Positions 40,192-49,921 of a stretch of 60,147 nucleotides of DNA are shown one piece after another. Source of the stretch: a virus (lineage: Duplodnaviria > Caudoviricetes); the IMG/VR virus record IMGVR_UViG_3300043433_000128, positions 1 through 60,147 of that record, one strand, 5' to 3'. A program made the translations under genes and the position numbers. How positions within the stretch are numbered: position 1 is the first letter of the stretch; every line of letters starts with the position of its first letter. The notes beneath the pieces are model-generated. The model made no database searches. It was not told where the DNA came from and was given only the letters and a program-made list of their open reading frames with translations.

Positions 40192-42372
40192 TTATTTTTT
40201 CATTAGTTCAGCCTCTGCTGCTGCTTGAGCCTGTTTTAACACATCTTGTCCGTCTGTTCCTTCAACTTTACCATTCATAGGAGATTCGCCTTTATTTCTT
40301 TTAATAGCTTCACCAGATAAAGTGTATTTTCCTATATATGTTCCAGGTTCTTCACCACTTACTGTCTCCCATTGATAAACTTTACCAGAGTTAGATTCAG
40401 TTACAGCACCAGGATAACCAAAACGTTCTCCAGGTTTCCATTCTCTAAATGTCCATGATGAAGTTTCTTTAACTTCTTGGTCTTTATATGTTAATATAAC
40501 TTCAATGTCGTATTTACCTGTTTTATCTTTAAATGTATCTTTAGGAATCGTTGCCTCAGTATTCCATATTTTTTCATTCCACGCACTTCCTTCTTTTTTA
40601 TCTTCCATAAAAACCGAAGTTTCAGCTTCATATTCAGAAGGTCCTTTAAATTTAATTTTAACTTTAGGAGTTTCTGTTACTAACGATTTGTCGTCTGCTT
40701 TCCAAGATATTTTTATAGGCTGTTCAAACCAGAATCCTAATTTATAACTGCTAGCTCGTTTGATCCATTCAATATCTAATGAAAGAACTGGTTCTTTTAC
40801 CGGCTCTGGTGCTGGTTGTGGAGGCGTAGGGGCCGGTGGAGGCGCAACAGGTGGCGTTGGAGCAGGTGGTGGAGTAGTTGCAGGTGCAACTGTTTCCGGG
40901 TTAATATTGTTAACCCTACTCGGCCATTCCCTTCTTAATAGATTTAACTCTTGTTTTACAGAAGGAGCACCCGCTTTATATAGATATTTGAAGCCACCGA
41001 TTACGTAATATCCGCTTAAGAACTCGTCAACTATCATTTCACCTGGATTTAATCCGCCATTTTCTTTGTCGGTTGGTTTTGAATCAAACCCATCCTTTTC
41101 CTTTTTTTCTTTTACTAGATTTTCAGCATCTAGTCTTTGTCTTTCTCCAGTATAAATTACAACTGGGATTTTATGGTATCTATGAAGCGCTGGATTAAAT
41201 GTTGCTAATTCAATATCTAAAGACATTTTTGTAACTTCAGCCATATTCTGTACATTATTAATTGCAGAATACTCATAATTCAAATGTGTGTTTGAAGTTT
41301 CAGGATCTCCGCATTTTCTACCAACATACTTATATTTGATTTCGTTTTTATAGCGATCCTCATCTCTACGACCTTTCATCGGTTCTTCGATGTCCTTCAT
41401 ATTTTTACTAGCTAAAGGTTCGATATCATGAGAAACTAATCCCTCATCTGAATCATTTTCAAAATATTGAAGAACTCTTTTATATCCATTTTTTCGTGCT
41501 GAAGCTCCTGCTTTATTTTTAAGCGCTTGCTTTACTATAAATAAATTAGATCCTTGGTCTCTTTTATGATTAGTTAAAACGAGTGGTCTTTTTGTTTTAT
41601 TAACGCCTTCTGCTGGAGCCTGTGGAGTATCTGCTAATTCCTTTTCGAATGCAGCTATCATCTCCTCAATGTTTTCTTCAGAATCCATTAATTTATTTAA
41701 GTTAACATAGTTCACATAGTAATATGGGTCGATACAAAACGTCTGGAAGCTATCCTCGTCAATGTAGGAGTGGCGAACCAAATCTTCTAATGTATCAAAC
41801 ATAGAATTGTATGGTATAACCAGATTCATGGAATCATCAGTAGAATCAATGTTTGTTGCAACACCTAGTTTTAAATCGTTTGCTATTGATTCAATATGGT
41901 CTAATGAACCACCAACACCATAAGATTTACAATCTTCAGCATATAAACCTGGAACCTTTATTCTACCGGTGAATACATATTTATTTCCGCGGCCTTCTCC
42001 TCTTTGAGGCGGTGCAGAAGCATTCGAAATATCAAAATCGATTCGGATATCTTTGTATTGGTCTTTATCTAATGTACCCATTCTAAAATTAATAACATCG
42101 CCATCTCTTGGAAATGAATCAACTCCAAAAACACCTTCAGTATCTATGATTGATATGTCTATTGTCGGTACTGGAACTGTGCAATCTAATTCCATTGAAA
42201 GAATTTCCCAATCGCTAAAAGTATAACCATTGATTGATACCATTAAAATATAACCCTTGCTTGTATTTGCTTTCTCATTACCTTCACCTTCACCAAGCGA
42301 AGCAAATTTAACCTTGTCTAATTTAATAGTAGGTTCAGTTATAGTAAGAATATGATTGTCAATTGATGCCAT
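40192..42372 (-). CDS. Baseplate hub protein (gp27-like) with Pro-rich linker and extra C-terminal domain
   Basis: Position between gp53- and gp5-like genes; hub end motif LSGYYVIGG...QELNLLRREW followed by a PPPAPTPP linker. Confidence 0.65.
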   Translation of the reverse strand: MASIDNHILTITEPTIKLDKVKFASLGEGEGNEKANTSKGYILMVSINGYTFSDWEILSMELDCTVPVPTIDISIIDTEGVFGVDSFPRDGDVINFRMGTLDKDQYKDIRIDFDISNASAPPQRGEGRGNKYVFTGRIKVPGLYAEDCKSYGVGGSLDHIESIANDLKLGVATNIDSTDDSMNLVIPYNSMFDTLEDLVRHSYIDEDSFQTFCIDPYYYVNYVNLNKLMDSEENIEEMIAAFEKELADTPQAPAEGVNKTKRPLVLTNHKRDQGSNLFIVKQALKNKAGASARKNGYKRVLQYFENDSDEGLVSHDIEPLASKNMKDIEEPMKGRRDEDRYKNEIKYKYVGRKCGDPETSNTHLNYEYSAINNVQNMAEVTKMSLDIELATFNPALHRYHKIPVVIYTGERQRLDAENLVKEKKEKDGFDSKPTDKENGGLNPGEMIVDEFLSGYYVIGGFKYLYKAGAPSVKQELNLLRREWPSRVNNINPETVAPATTPPPAPTPPVAPPPAPTPPQPAPEPVKEPVLSLDIEWIKRASSYKLGFWFEQPIKISWKADDKSLVTETPKVKIKFKGPSEYEAETSVFMEDKKEGSAWNEKIWNTEATIPKDTFKDKTGKYDIEVILTYKDQEVKETSSWTFREWKPGERFGYPGAVTESNSGKVYQWETVSGEEPGTYIGKYTLSGEAIKRNKGESPMNGKVEGTDGQDVLKQAQAAAEAELMKK

Positions 42373-42869
42373 TAAATAGTAATAAATCCGTTTCCGATAT
42401 TAATGTTAGAATCACCTTCTTTTAAAATATTAGGTGGTAATATTTGTTTTGCTCCATTTGCTTTTTGAGCTGCTTTTCTTTGTAGATATTCAATTCTTTT
42501 AGCATCTTTAACTGGAAGCCTTTTCGTGTCAATAAATTGGTCTCTAATTGAGATTTCATTTGCAGGTCCAACAAGTCTTATTGGTTTAATTGTGCTAAGA
42601 ACTGAAGTATTTACTGGAATTTCTAAAACATCTCCCTCTGCAATAATAAAAGGATTTGATATTCCATTCCATTTTAATATATAATCACAATAATCAGCGT
42701 CTCTATAATATTTTAAAGAGATTAAATCAATTCTACCAACTTGATCTTCAGTCACTGTATGTTCTGCTATAATATCTACGTTATTCGTAAAAATTACAGT
42801 TGGCATCGTAAAGACGTATTTAGAGCTATCAGTAGATCTTTGCTTTTTTTCTAGAGTATTAAATCTCAT
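42372..42869 (-). CDS. Baseplate wedge gp53-like (LysM-like)
   Basis: RIDLISLKYY...ILKWNGISNPF...GDVLEIP. Confidence 0.8.
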   Translation of the reverse strand: MRFNTLEKKQRSTDSSKYVFTMPTVIFTNNVDIIAEHTVTEDQVGRIDLISLKYYRDADYCDYILKWNGISNPFIIAEGDVLEIPVNTSVLSTIKPIRLVGPANEISIRDQFIDTKRLPVKDAKRIEYLQRKAAQKANGAKQILPPNILKEGDSNINIGNGFITI

Positions 42870-42884
42870 TATTGTTTTTTATTT

Positions 42885-44756
42885 TTATCCATTACTTACT
42901 TTTCTAAAGACATTAATAAAATTATCCTTAGTAACACCTGTTCTATCTTTGTTACCATAAGCACTAACATCTGTAGTTAGATTAATATCGGCAACATCGT
43001 CTGGTTGCAAGTAGAATCTACCCCTTCCCGAGTTAAACATTGATTCAATTTCAGCTTTATCTCTAGGGCGACCTGGTTTTAATTTAATTACAGCAACTAA
43101 TTTTTCCGGGAAATCCTGAACCGAATTAGCACCTTCAAATGTAATCTCACAATCAGTCATTGCTAAATTACCAATAACCATAATCGGGTCTAGCGGATTT
43201 CCAATTGTTAAATGCCAGTTTCCTGTTGGATCTCCAGTTAATAGCGATGCAGCAGCCTGGGCACCTTGTGGTGTGTTAAACATCTCCATAGCTGGACCAC
43301 CAATCAAGTTATTTATCATCTTGTTATCTTTTAATGCAGCAAGTGCTCCACTAGCATCTCCTTTAAGAAGTGCATCAAATGCATTCCCACCGCCTTTAAG
43401 GGCTCCACCAAATAGTTTACCCATATCTTCAACAATAGATCCTGCAAATCCAAGATAATCTCCAGATTTTAATTTGTTTAAATTTCCTAGTGGTTTTGCT
43501 GCTCCGCCTCCTCCTCCAATATATCTTACTGATCCTCCCCAGAATGGAGCATTATTATATGTAAGCGCTAGAAGATTTGATAATTGATCGAGCATCATTA
43601 ACTTAGGATTTGCTCCTTCAAAACTTCTTAATTCATATTCAAATCTTAAAGAGAATTCTTGGCTAAAATTAAGTCCCTGTTCCCTGATCAAAACCTTTTT
43701 AATAACGTTAAGAGGTCCAAATACGTGGTTTGGATATGTGTTTGAGAATTGGTCAAAATCAGCATTCTGATCTCTAGCATTTGATTCTACAGCTCCACGA
43801 CCTGCAGCACCATTAGCCATTGCAGACAATACCTTACTATTATTAACCATACTACCAAATTTACCAGCTGAAGCTTCTCTACTCGGTGATGTGATTGTTT
43901 GCATTTCTGATTCAGCTTCTTTCCATCCAAATCCATGTGAAAATTTAAGTATTTCGGCCATTGAATTTCCTGGAGCCTCTCCAAGCCAAGTAACTGCTCT
44001 TGCGATATCTGGTTGCATTAAGTCAACCATGTTTCCATCAGCACCCATTTGCTTTGGTGAAATAATATCATCAGCTGCTGGATATGCAAATCTCCTAAGA
44101 GTAATAAGCATACTGTTCGGTATTTTATTAAAATATTTAGCAAGTGCAAAATCAGAGTAATTGTAGCGATAACCCATATTCCCTGTTTTAGAACCGGTTA
44201 TTTCAATAATTTGAGTAACTGTAGGATTTATTAGTCTTTTAGGATCTATTTTTTGATAGATTGTTCCACCACTAGCACTACTAGCAAATCCGTTAGATTC
44301 ACCCTCAAGCGGAGTTCCTTTATAATTTATTAAAGAATAATTGTTGAAGTGAGAATATGGTCTTTGTAATGAAGGTACTGTTGGTCCTTTTGCTGGTTCA
44401 TTAGTTCCAGTGTTAGTAGTAGTTTCACTGCCCTTTGGTGTATAACTTTCAGATGGTTGAATATCCGCATAATATTTAGACCCTCCAGCACCAACAATTT
44501 TAAATTCGCCGTCTTTTCTAACTGCTCTATTTTTAGTATCGTCAAGTTTTACAGCAGATTTTAATCCATTACTTTTACCTCTAGTTCCAGAATGAACTCC
44601 ATCCGGTGTTCCACCGTCGATCATTCCAAATTCCTTACCGATAACATTATTATATGCACTAATAAATCCTTTACCTAAAGAACTGTCTTTTGCGACTTTG
44701 AATGAAGATTTTGCTTTATCAGCCGCTCTATCAAACCATCCTTTTTCTGTTGCCAT
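42885..44756 (-). CDS. Putative baseplate tail-tube cap/initiator (gp48-like)
   Basis: FSQEFSLRFEYELR, IGNLAMTDCEITF...FPEKLVAVIKL tube-fold pattern; directly upstream of gp53. Confidence 0.5.
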   Translation of the reverse strand: MATEKGWFDRAADKAKSSFKVAKDSSLGKGFISAYNNVIGKEFGMIDGGTPDGVHSGTRGKSNGLKSAVKLDDTKNRAVRKDGEFKIVGAGGSKYYADIQPSESYTPKGSETTTNTGTNEPAKGPTVPSLQRPYSHFNNYSLINYKGTPLEGESNGFASSASGGTIYQKIDPKRLINPTVTQIIEITGSKTGNMGYRYNYSDFALAKYFNKIPNSMLITLRRFAYPAADDIISPKQMGADGNMVDLMQPDIARAVTWLGEAPGNSMAEILKFSHGFGWKEAESEMQTITSPSREASAGKFGSMVNNSKVLSAMANGAAGRGAVESNARDQNADFDQFSNTYPNHVFGPLNVIKKVLIREQGLNFSQEFSLRFEYELRSFEGANPKLMMLDQLSNLLALTYNNAPFWGGSVRYIGGGGGAAKPLGNLNKLKSGDYLGFAGSIVEDMGKLFGGALKGGGNAFDALLKGDASGALAALKDNKMINNLIGGPAMEMFNTPQGAQAAASLLTGDPTGNWHLTIGNPLDPIMVIGNLAMTDCEITFEGANSVQDFPEKLVAVIKLKPGRPRDKAEIESMFNSGRGRFYLQPDDVADINLTTDVSAYGNKDRTGVTKDNFINVFRKVSNG

Positions 44757-44799
44757 TCTTGTTAAATATATTTATTAAGTATATATCTAAGAAACTGGA

Positions 44800-45387
44800 C
44801 TATTCTAAGTTATCGTAATCGGCAGATAGAGGTCTATATAATAGTTTTTCAAAATAACCCTTTTCTTTTCCAGCCCTTTCGCCCAAGAATTTTTTAATAT
44901 GAGCTTCAAAAACACCCTTACTTTCATAATGATATTTTCCTTTTGAGTATGTAGATCTATTTGTAAGTTCATATAAATCTCTAATTGCTTTCTCGACTAA
45001 AAAATCTTGTATGTTATTATATAACTCGCTAATTTCATTATATGTCCGAGTACATAACACAGAATCTACTACAATTAAAAATGATTCCCATTTAGAATCG
45101 ATATGCTCTTGAAATTCTTTTACGCTTGCTATTTTTTGACGAGCAATTCTAAATGAAGTAACTCCACCTTCGAATGTTTTTTCAAATCGCATATCAAACA
45201 TATATCTCTTAAGAAAATCAATATCATCGTAGAACTTTAGGATGCGAACCTGATACCTTGGCATTTTATCGTTAAATTCCACATCATGGATAATTGCTTT
45301 AACCGGAAACACTATATTGCTATATCGGTTGTTTGAAATTAGAACATGTATTTGTTCACCTTTTGAAAAAAGTTTATGTCTAATCAT
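44800..45387 (-). CDS. Hypothetical protein
   Basis: Likely start 45387 (MIRHK), coupled to the upstream stop. Confidence 0.65.
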   Translation of the reverse strand: MIRHKLFSKGEQIHVLISNNRYSNIVFPVKAIIHDVEFNDKMPRYQVRILKFYDDIDFLKRYMFDMRFEKTFEGGVTSFRIARQKIASVKEFQEHIDSKWESFLIVVDSVLCTRTYNEISELYNNIQDFLVEKAIRDLYELTNRSTYSKGKYHYESKGVFEAHIKKFLGERAGKEKGYFEKLLYRPLSADYDNLE

Positions 45388-45787
45388 TTTTGATAGTATT
45401 AACCGAATCAAAAAGAGTTATGATTCGTTCTTCGATTTTTTCTTTCGTGTTAATTACTGTTAGGGAGATTGAGTAATCTCTTTCGCTGTTTAATTGAACC
45501 ATTCCCTTAAAATTATTAATAATTTCAAAATCAAGGTTTTTAAACAAATAAATTACGCGGTTTACATTCATCGTATCAGAACGTAAACATCGCGTAATTT
45601 CATTGATTATTGTTAATCCTATAATTGAATTGCTTGGATCTTGGCCGTAAGGATCAGATTTAATAAGTTTATTTTTAATAGAAACGTGATCGATAACTTT
45701 TACCATATCCTTTTCCGTATTTCTTATAAACCTATTAAATTCTCTTCTTGACGGGCACAATACACATTCAATTGATAAATTATTCAT
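45380..45787 (-). CDS. Hypothetical protein
   Basis: 135 aa ORF in a tightly packed operon. Confidence 0.65.
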   Translation of the reverse strand: MNNLSIECVLCPSRREFNRFIRNTEKDMVKVIDHVSIKNKLIKSDPYGQDPSNSIIGLTIINEITRCLRSDTMNVNRVIYLFKNLDFEIINNFKGMVQLNSERDYSISLTVINTKEKIEERIITLFDSVNTIKND

Positions 45788-45794
45788 TTAGTTG

Positions 45795-46103
45795 TTAATC
45801 ATTTAAAGAAAGACGGTCAAGTTGTTTCTTTAAACTTTTTATTTTTTCAAGTTTCTCTTCAGAATTTGGAATGTAATCTACTCCCCAATCTTCGATAACT
45901 TTTATTTGGTGTTTGCTCTTTGAATTACCGAAAGATAATCCAATATCAACGCAAAGTTCGTTAATGAACCTTAATTTTGCGGTTGAATCTTCAAAATCAT
46001 AAACAGTTGTCGATTCAAAAGATTCTCCAGCTGAATTAATATTGTCATCAACAACAGTTTTTATAACACCATTATCTGCTAGTGTTATTTTAACTGTTTG
46101 CAT
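45795..46103 (-). CDS. Hypothetical protein
   Basis: 102 aa ORF overlapping the upstream stop. Confidence 0.65.
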   Translation of the reverse strand: MQTVKITLADNGVIKTVVDDNINSAGESFESTTVYDFEDSTAKLRFINELCVDIGLSFGNSKSKHQIKVIEDWGVDYIPNSEEKLEKIKSLKKQLDRLSLND

Positions 46104-46482
46104 TTGTTCTAGATTTTAATGAGTTAGACGCGTCTTTCATTAATTTTCTAGCTGCTTTTTTATCTTCTTTACGAGTTGCTTTATTCTTAATAGATAAACC
46201 AAAGAATGCCTCTTCAAGCATTGCAATTTCAGCGTCATTATAACCAATAGATGCCCATGTTTTTTTCAAATCATTTGCTTTAGTTTGTAAAGCATTTTCA
46301 GTTGCATCTAAATTTCTTTTAACGTTAGCTTCATGAGCTTCGTTTCCTGCTTCTCGCATCTTGTTATACCAAGCCTGTCCTGGTTCAGAAAATCTTCCAA
46401 ACATGTTTTTGATTTTCAAATAACCGATTGCTCTAAATTGAGCTCTTCTTTGTCTTCTAGACTGTGTCGTTGTTTTTGCCAT
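46090..46482 (-). CDS. Basic hypothetical protein
   Basis: Arg/Lys-rich N-terminus (SRRQRRAQFR). Confidence 0.65.
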   Translation of the reverse strand: MAKTTTQSRRQRRAQFRAIGYLKIKNMFGRFSEPGQAWYNKMREAGNEAHEANVKRNLDATENALQTKANDLKKTWASIGYNDAEIAMLEEAFFGLSIKNKATRKEDKKAARKLMKDASNSLKSRTNANS

Positions 46483-47059
46483 TATAGTAATTGTTAATAA
46501 AAATTGTTACTTCTTGTGTTAAATATTCTTGTAGTTTATTTATCTCAATTTGTGAGACTGCCACCTTGGCAATTGTACTAATTAAATTCTCTTTGTCCTC
46601 ATCTGCGTTTTCAATTAACATATCGAATATTTGTTTATTTGGTATGTTTAAATTAATCGTCGTTTGGAAGGGTTCCATGTTTTTCTTAGATAGTTTAGCA
46701 ACTAACTCTTCTAATGGAGATTTTTCTGGTTCAGTTTGAACTTCTTTTACAGCCTTTTTTACTGGTTTCTGTTCTGTTTTAATTCCGGCTGAAATTTCAT
46801 TTAATGATTGTGCTCCGGGAAAAGGTAACTCATCACCAACTACTTTTTCTAAGAATTCATCAATAACGTCATTAAAGATCTGAGATCCATCTGTAAAATA
46901 TGTAAATTTTGAATCGCTCTCTTTTACTTCAACTACTTTTCCAAAGTAATCTCCTTTTTTCCATTGATATTTTATAACAGTGTCTTTCACTAATTCCATT
47001 GTTTGCGTTTTTTGATAATTATATTCTTTTTTCGAAAATTGTTTCTTAATCCAATTCAT
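46457..47059 (-). CDS. Hypothetical protein
   Basis: ORF; start uncertain (47059 or 46999). Confidence 0.6.
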   Translation of the reverse strand: MNWIKKQFSKKEYNYQKTQTMELVKDTVIKYQWKKGDYFGKVVEVKESDSKFTYFTDGSQIFNDVIDEFLEKVVGDELPFPGAQSLNEISAGIKTEQKPVKKAVKEVQTEPEKSPLEELVAKLSKKNMEPFQTTINLNIPNKQIFDMLIENADEDKENLISTIAKVAVSQIEINKLQEYLTQEVTIFINNYYNGKNNDTV

Positions 47060-47252
47060 AGAACTCCGGATCATTTTCATTTCTATTATAGTATTTAGTT
47101 TCGAATTCCTCTATATAATCAATTCCTTCACTATTTCCCATCATTGCATCGACATTTTTAATATATCGAATATAGAAAGAATTGCTGCCATATTCTTTTA
47201 AATATGTTATAAGAACCTCCGGTTCTGGTATTATTTTTTTATTAAAACTCAT
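47046..47252 (-). CDS. Hypothetical protein
   Basis: Small ORF, start probably MSFNKK overlapping the dCMP deaminase end. Confidence 0.55.
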   Translation of the reverse strand: MSFNKKIIPEPEVLITYLKEYGSNSFYIRYIKNVDAMMGNSEGIDYIEEFETKYYNRNENDPEFYELD

Positions 47253-47757
47253 TCCATGCAATTACGTGTTCAACATCTATTCCTGCCGTTTTAAGTAACT
47301 CGACGCCGCTCATATCTCTATAATCTTCTGTGTAATATACTTTCTTAATACCGGATTGTATGATTAATTTTGCACAATCAAAACAAGGACATGTTGTTGT
47401 ATACAAATCAGCTCCTTCACAACTCATTGTTGATTTTGCAACTTTCATAATTGCGTTTGATTCAGCATGTAGAACTTCACGTTTAGTTACTTGTCGATGT
47501 GCGCAACCTGATTCAGTATCAGATATTGTCCATCCATTTTCTTCTAGTAATTCTGCTTGTTCTGGAAAGTCCCATCCTGTTTTTTCAACACATTCACATG
47601 CATTATCGAATCCATGTGGAGTTCCATTGTAACCAAATGAGATTACTTGTTTATCTTTAACAATAACACAACCCACTTTTCTACGCTCGGCATAGCTAAG
47701 CTTGGCGAACTGATATGCAACTTGCATATAAATTATTTCTGTCGGTATTTTAGGCAT
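47242..47757 (-). CDS. dCMP deaminase
   Basis: KVGCVIV, GYNG, HAESNA, PCFDCAK zinc motifs. Confidence 0.93.
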   Translation of the reverse strand: MPKIPTEIIYMQVAYQFAKLSYAERRKVGCVIVKDKQVISFGYNGTPHGFDNACECVEKTGWDFPEQAELLEENGWTISDTESGCAHRQVTKREVLHAESNAIMKVAKSTMSCEGADLYTTTCPCFDCAKLIIQSGIKKVYYTEDYRDMSGVELLKTAGIDVEHVIAWNEF

Positions 47758-47759
47758 AA

Positions 47760-47806
47760 AAAAAGTCTATATATGTTGTATTATATATAGACTTTTTATT
47801 TAGTTT
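47760..47806 (-). promoter_or_regulatory. Class-II promoter embedded in a 15-bp hairpin, possibly also a terminator
   Basis: AAAC-N15-TATATAA at 47781-47806; inverted repeat 47760-47774/47783-47797 followed by a U-run and the ATG. Confidence 0.65.
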
Positions 47807-47816
47807 AATCGGGAGT

Positions 47817-48296
47817 TTATTCAACGTCGTCCGCGTCAACAGCGTCCTTCATTTCTTTTATCTCATTTATTTTCTTAGCAAATGCTTCAGACATTTTATT
47901 TAAACATGCTTCATAAGCTTCTGTTTCCATGTCAGCTTTCATTTCTTTAAGAGTATTTGCTGCTAATCCAGCAACTAGTGATGCATTTTCAGCCATGTAA
48001 GTTTCTACAGTGTGCTCATCATGTGCATCTTCTTCCCAAACTTTAGCTTCAGATTTTAATGCTTCATAGCATTCTTTTAACATTTCAGAAACTGGTTTAA
48101 CGACTTCTTTAGCGCCATCATCAGTACCTAAATTAGCTTCTCCAGCCTCGTCAACACCTTGAATTTCTTCAGCTTCCTCTTCAGTCTCTTCTTTAGTTTT
48201 AACTTCCGGAGTTCCTTCAATAGATACTTCTGCTTCTATTTCCTCAGCTCTGTCCATTTCTGAAACAAAGTCTTCGAATTTTTTAATACTTGCCAT
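47817..48296 (-). CDS. Acidic protein, possible prohead core/internal protein
   Basis: MASIKKFEDFVSE capsid-targeting-like start; very Glu-rich; preceded by GATATATA. Confidence 0.6.
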   Translation of the reverse strand: MASIKKFEDFVSEMDRAEEIEAEVSIEGTPEVKTKEETEEEAEEIQGVDEAGEANLGTDDGAKEVVKPVSEMLKECYEALKSEAKVWEEDAHDEHTVETYMAENASLVAGLAANTLKEMKADMETEAYEACLNKMSEAFAKKINEIKEMKDAVDADDVE

Positions 48297-48338
48297 AATT
48301 TAATATTTTTTTATAGATTGTTATAGATTTTATATATC

Positions 48339-48647
48339 TTATTTTTTCAAGTAATTAAAACTATCTGATAAAAAGTAATCTCGTATACCAAGATAGTGAA
48401 TTAATATAAAGAATATAGAACCTCCCGGTAGCAGAAATATAGTCGCCAGTCCGAGAGTTTTGCTAATATTTTTAAGCTGTGAAACTACATGTTTTCCCTC
48501 TTCTTTTGTCAACTTTCTTTTTTCAATAAGAGCTGAAGTTATAAGTTTAGACATGTCTTTTGTCTCAATACCCTCTTTTTTGAGAGCATCTATAAATAAA
48601 CTGACATCTTTTTTAATTTTGTCAAGTTCAATCGTTTTTTGTTTCAC
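48339..48647 (-). CDS. LETM1-related small membrane protein
   Basis: KLTKEE...QLKNISKTLGLATIFLLPGGSI...LSDSFN resembles the C-terminal motif of Bacteroidota LETM1-related proteins; start uncertain (GTG). Confidence 0.55.
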   Translation of the reverse strand: MKQKTIELDKIKKDVSLFIDALKKEGIETKDMSKLITSALIEKRKLTKEEGKHVVSQLKNISKTLGLATIFLLPGGSIFFILIHYLGIRDYFLSDSFNYLKK

Positions 48648-48663
48648 AGAATATTCTATATTT

Positions 48664-49581
48664 TTAGCTATATATTAAGGTAAAATCCTTTTCGTATTTT
48701 TGTAGGGCCAATTCTTTTGCTTTAGCTTCTATTTCAATATCAAGTTCCATTCCATAAGTTTCGATGTACTCATATAAGTAATCTGCATGTGCTCTGATAA
48801 TAGCACTAGAATCTTCATGTAATTTCTTTGCACTTGAATAGTGGCATAGCTGTCGAATGCCTTCGGGCCATGTTGAAGCGGCTAGTCGAAGAGCATCTTC
48901 TTCTGGCATCGGATCTTCATAACATCTATGGTGATGGTAATCGAATGTGATTGGTGTTCCTATTGCCTCATAAATTCGATATAAATCCGATACTGAATAC
49001 TGTGCAGGTTTATCATCATTCTCGACAACCAATCTTGACCGTGCTGATGTAGATAACAATTTAAAGTTATCGATAAATCTCTGTATTGCAGCTTCTTTGT
49101 CACCATAAGATCCACCAACATGAATATTCATTGAATAATATTGATTAGCAGGAAGCCCCATTGTGTCCATGATAAATGCATGCTGGTCTAATTCTTTGAT
49201 TGTTGTATCTACTGTTTTTTGAGTTGGACTTGGTAAAACACAGAACTGACCTGGATGGAATCCAACTCGCTGACCATATTTTTGAACAAGAGAGCCGGCG
49301 CCTTTAAGTAAATTTTCGATTATTGACCAATTTGGTAAATCAGTAAGTTCATATTCAGACATCCATGGAAACATACTTGAAGACATTCGATACACTTTAA
49401 CTCCGTTCTTATTATTCCATTTAATAATTTCAATCATGTCTCGAACGTTTGCTTCTGCAAGTTCACCAGCATATTTGATTCCTCGAGCATCAAATGTTTT
49501 CTTAATCATCGAGCGGCCAATTTTTATGCCAGCTTTGTCTAGTGTTAGATTGATACAACAGTATCCGTAATTTACATTCAT
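48664..49581 (-). CDS. uvsE: UV damage endonuclease
   Basis: GYCCIN, YRMSS, HPGQF, NIHVGG, LVVENDDK, FDYHHH, HYS, HAD, EAKAKE. Confidence 0.93.
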   Translation of the reverse strand: MNVNYGYCCINLTLDKAGIKIGRSMIKKTFDARGIKYAGELAEANVRDMIEIIKWNNKNGVKVYRMSSSMFPWMSEYELTDLPNWSIIENLLKGAGSLVQKYGQRVGFHPGQFCVLPSPTQKTVDTTIKELDQHAFIMDTMGLPANQYYSMNIHVGGSYGDKEAAIQRFIDNFKLLSTSARSRLVVENDDKPAQYSVSDLYRIYEAIGTPITFDYHHHRCYEDPMPEEDALRLAASTWPEGIRQLCHYSSAKKLHEDSSAIIRAHADYLYEYIETYGMELDIEIEAKAKELALQKYEKDFTLIYS

Positions 49582-49586
49582 ATATT

Positions 49587-49612
49587 TTATATTAGATAAC
49601 TTAAATTAGTTT
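49587..49612 (-). promoter_or_regulatory. Class-II promoter AAAC-N15-AATATAA for uvsE
   Basis: Motif with exact spacing 5 nt upstream of the ATG. Confidence 0.6.
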
Positions 49613-49917
49613 AGAACTGGCATTCCAACATTGTACATCAGTTGTGCAAAGAATTTAAAACCTTTGTATGAAATTCCATCTGCACTTCCAATAGCTCTCA
49701 TCAAATCATTATTTACGAATGCTTGTACAAATCCACCACCTGGATAACCAATATCCCATTTAGTACAAAGTATTGAAGTACCTATATTAATGATGTGGGC
49801 TTTTTCATCTTCAGTTAAATTTGCTAAAGTTAACCATCCGATAGTACTACCTGCATTTTCATCAAAATATCTCGTTACTAATTCTTTTATTACTTGTATT
49901 TTTTCAAAAGTTTCCAT
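49606..49917 (-). CDS. Hypothetical protein
   Basis: 103 aa; PGGGFVQAFVNNDL...AD motif typical of a small phage family. Confidence 0.65.
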   Translation of the reverse strand: METFEKIQVIKELVTRYFDENAGSTIGWLTLANLTEDEKAHIINIGTSILCTKWDIGYPGGGFVQAFVNNDLMRAIGSADGISYKGFKFFAQLMYNVGMPVLN

Positions 49918-49921
49918 ATGA

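Noticed and set aside
26428-44756. Bacterial contractile injection system (eCIS/T6SS) interpretation
   Set aside because: A neck protein, T4-like replication genes and phage accessory genes flank it, indicating a genuine phage.
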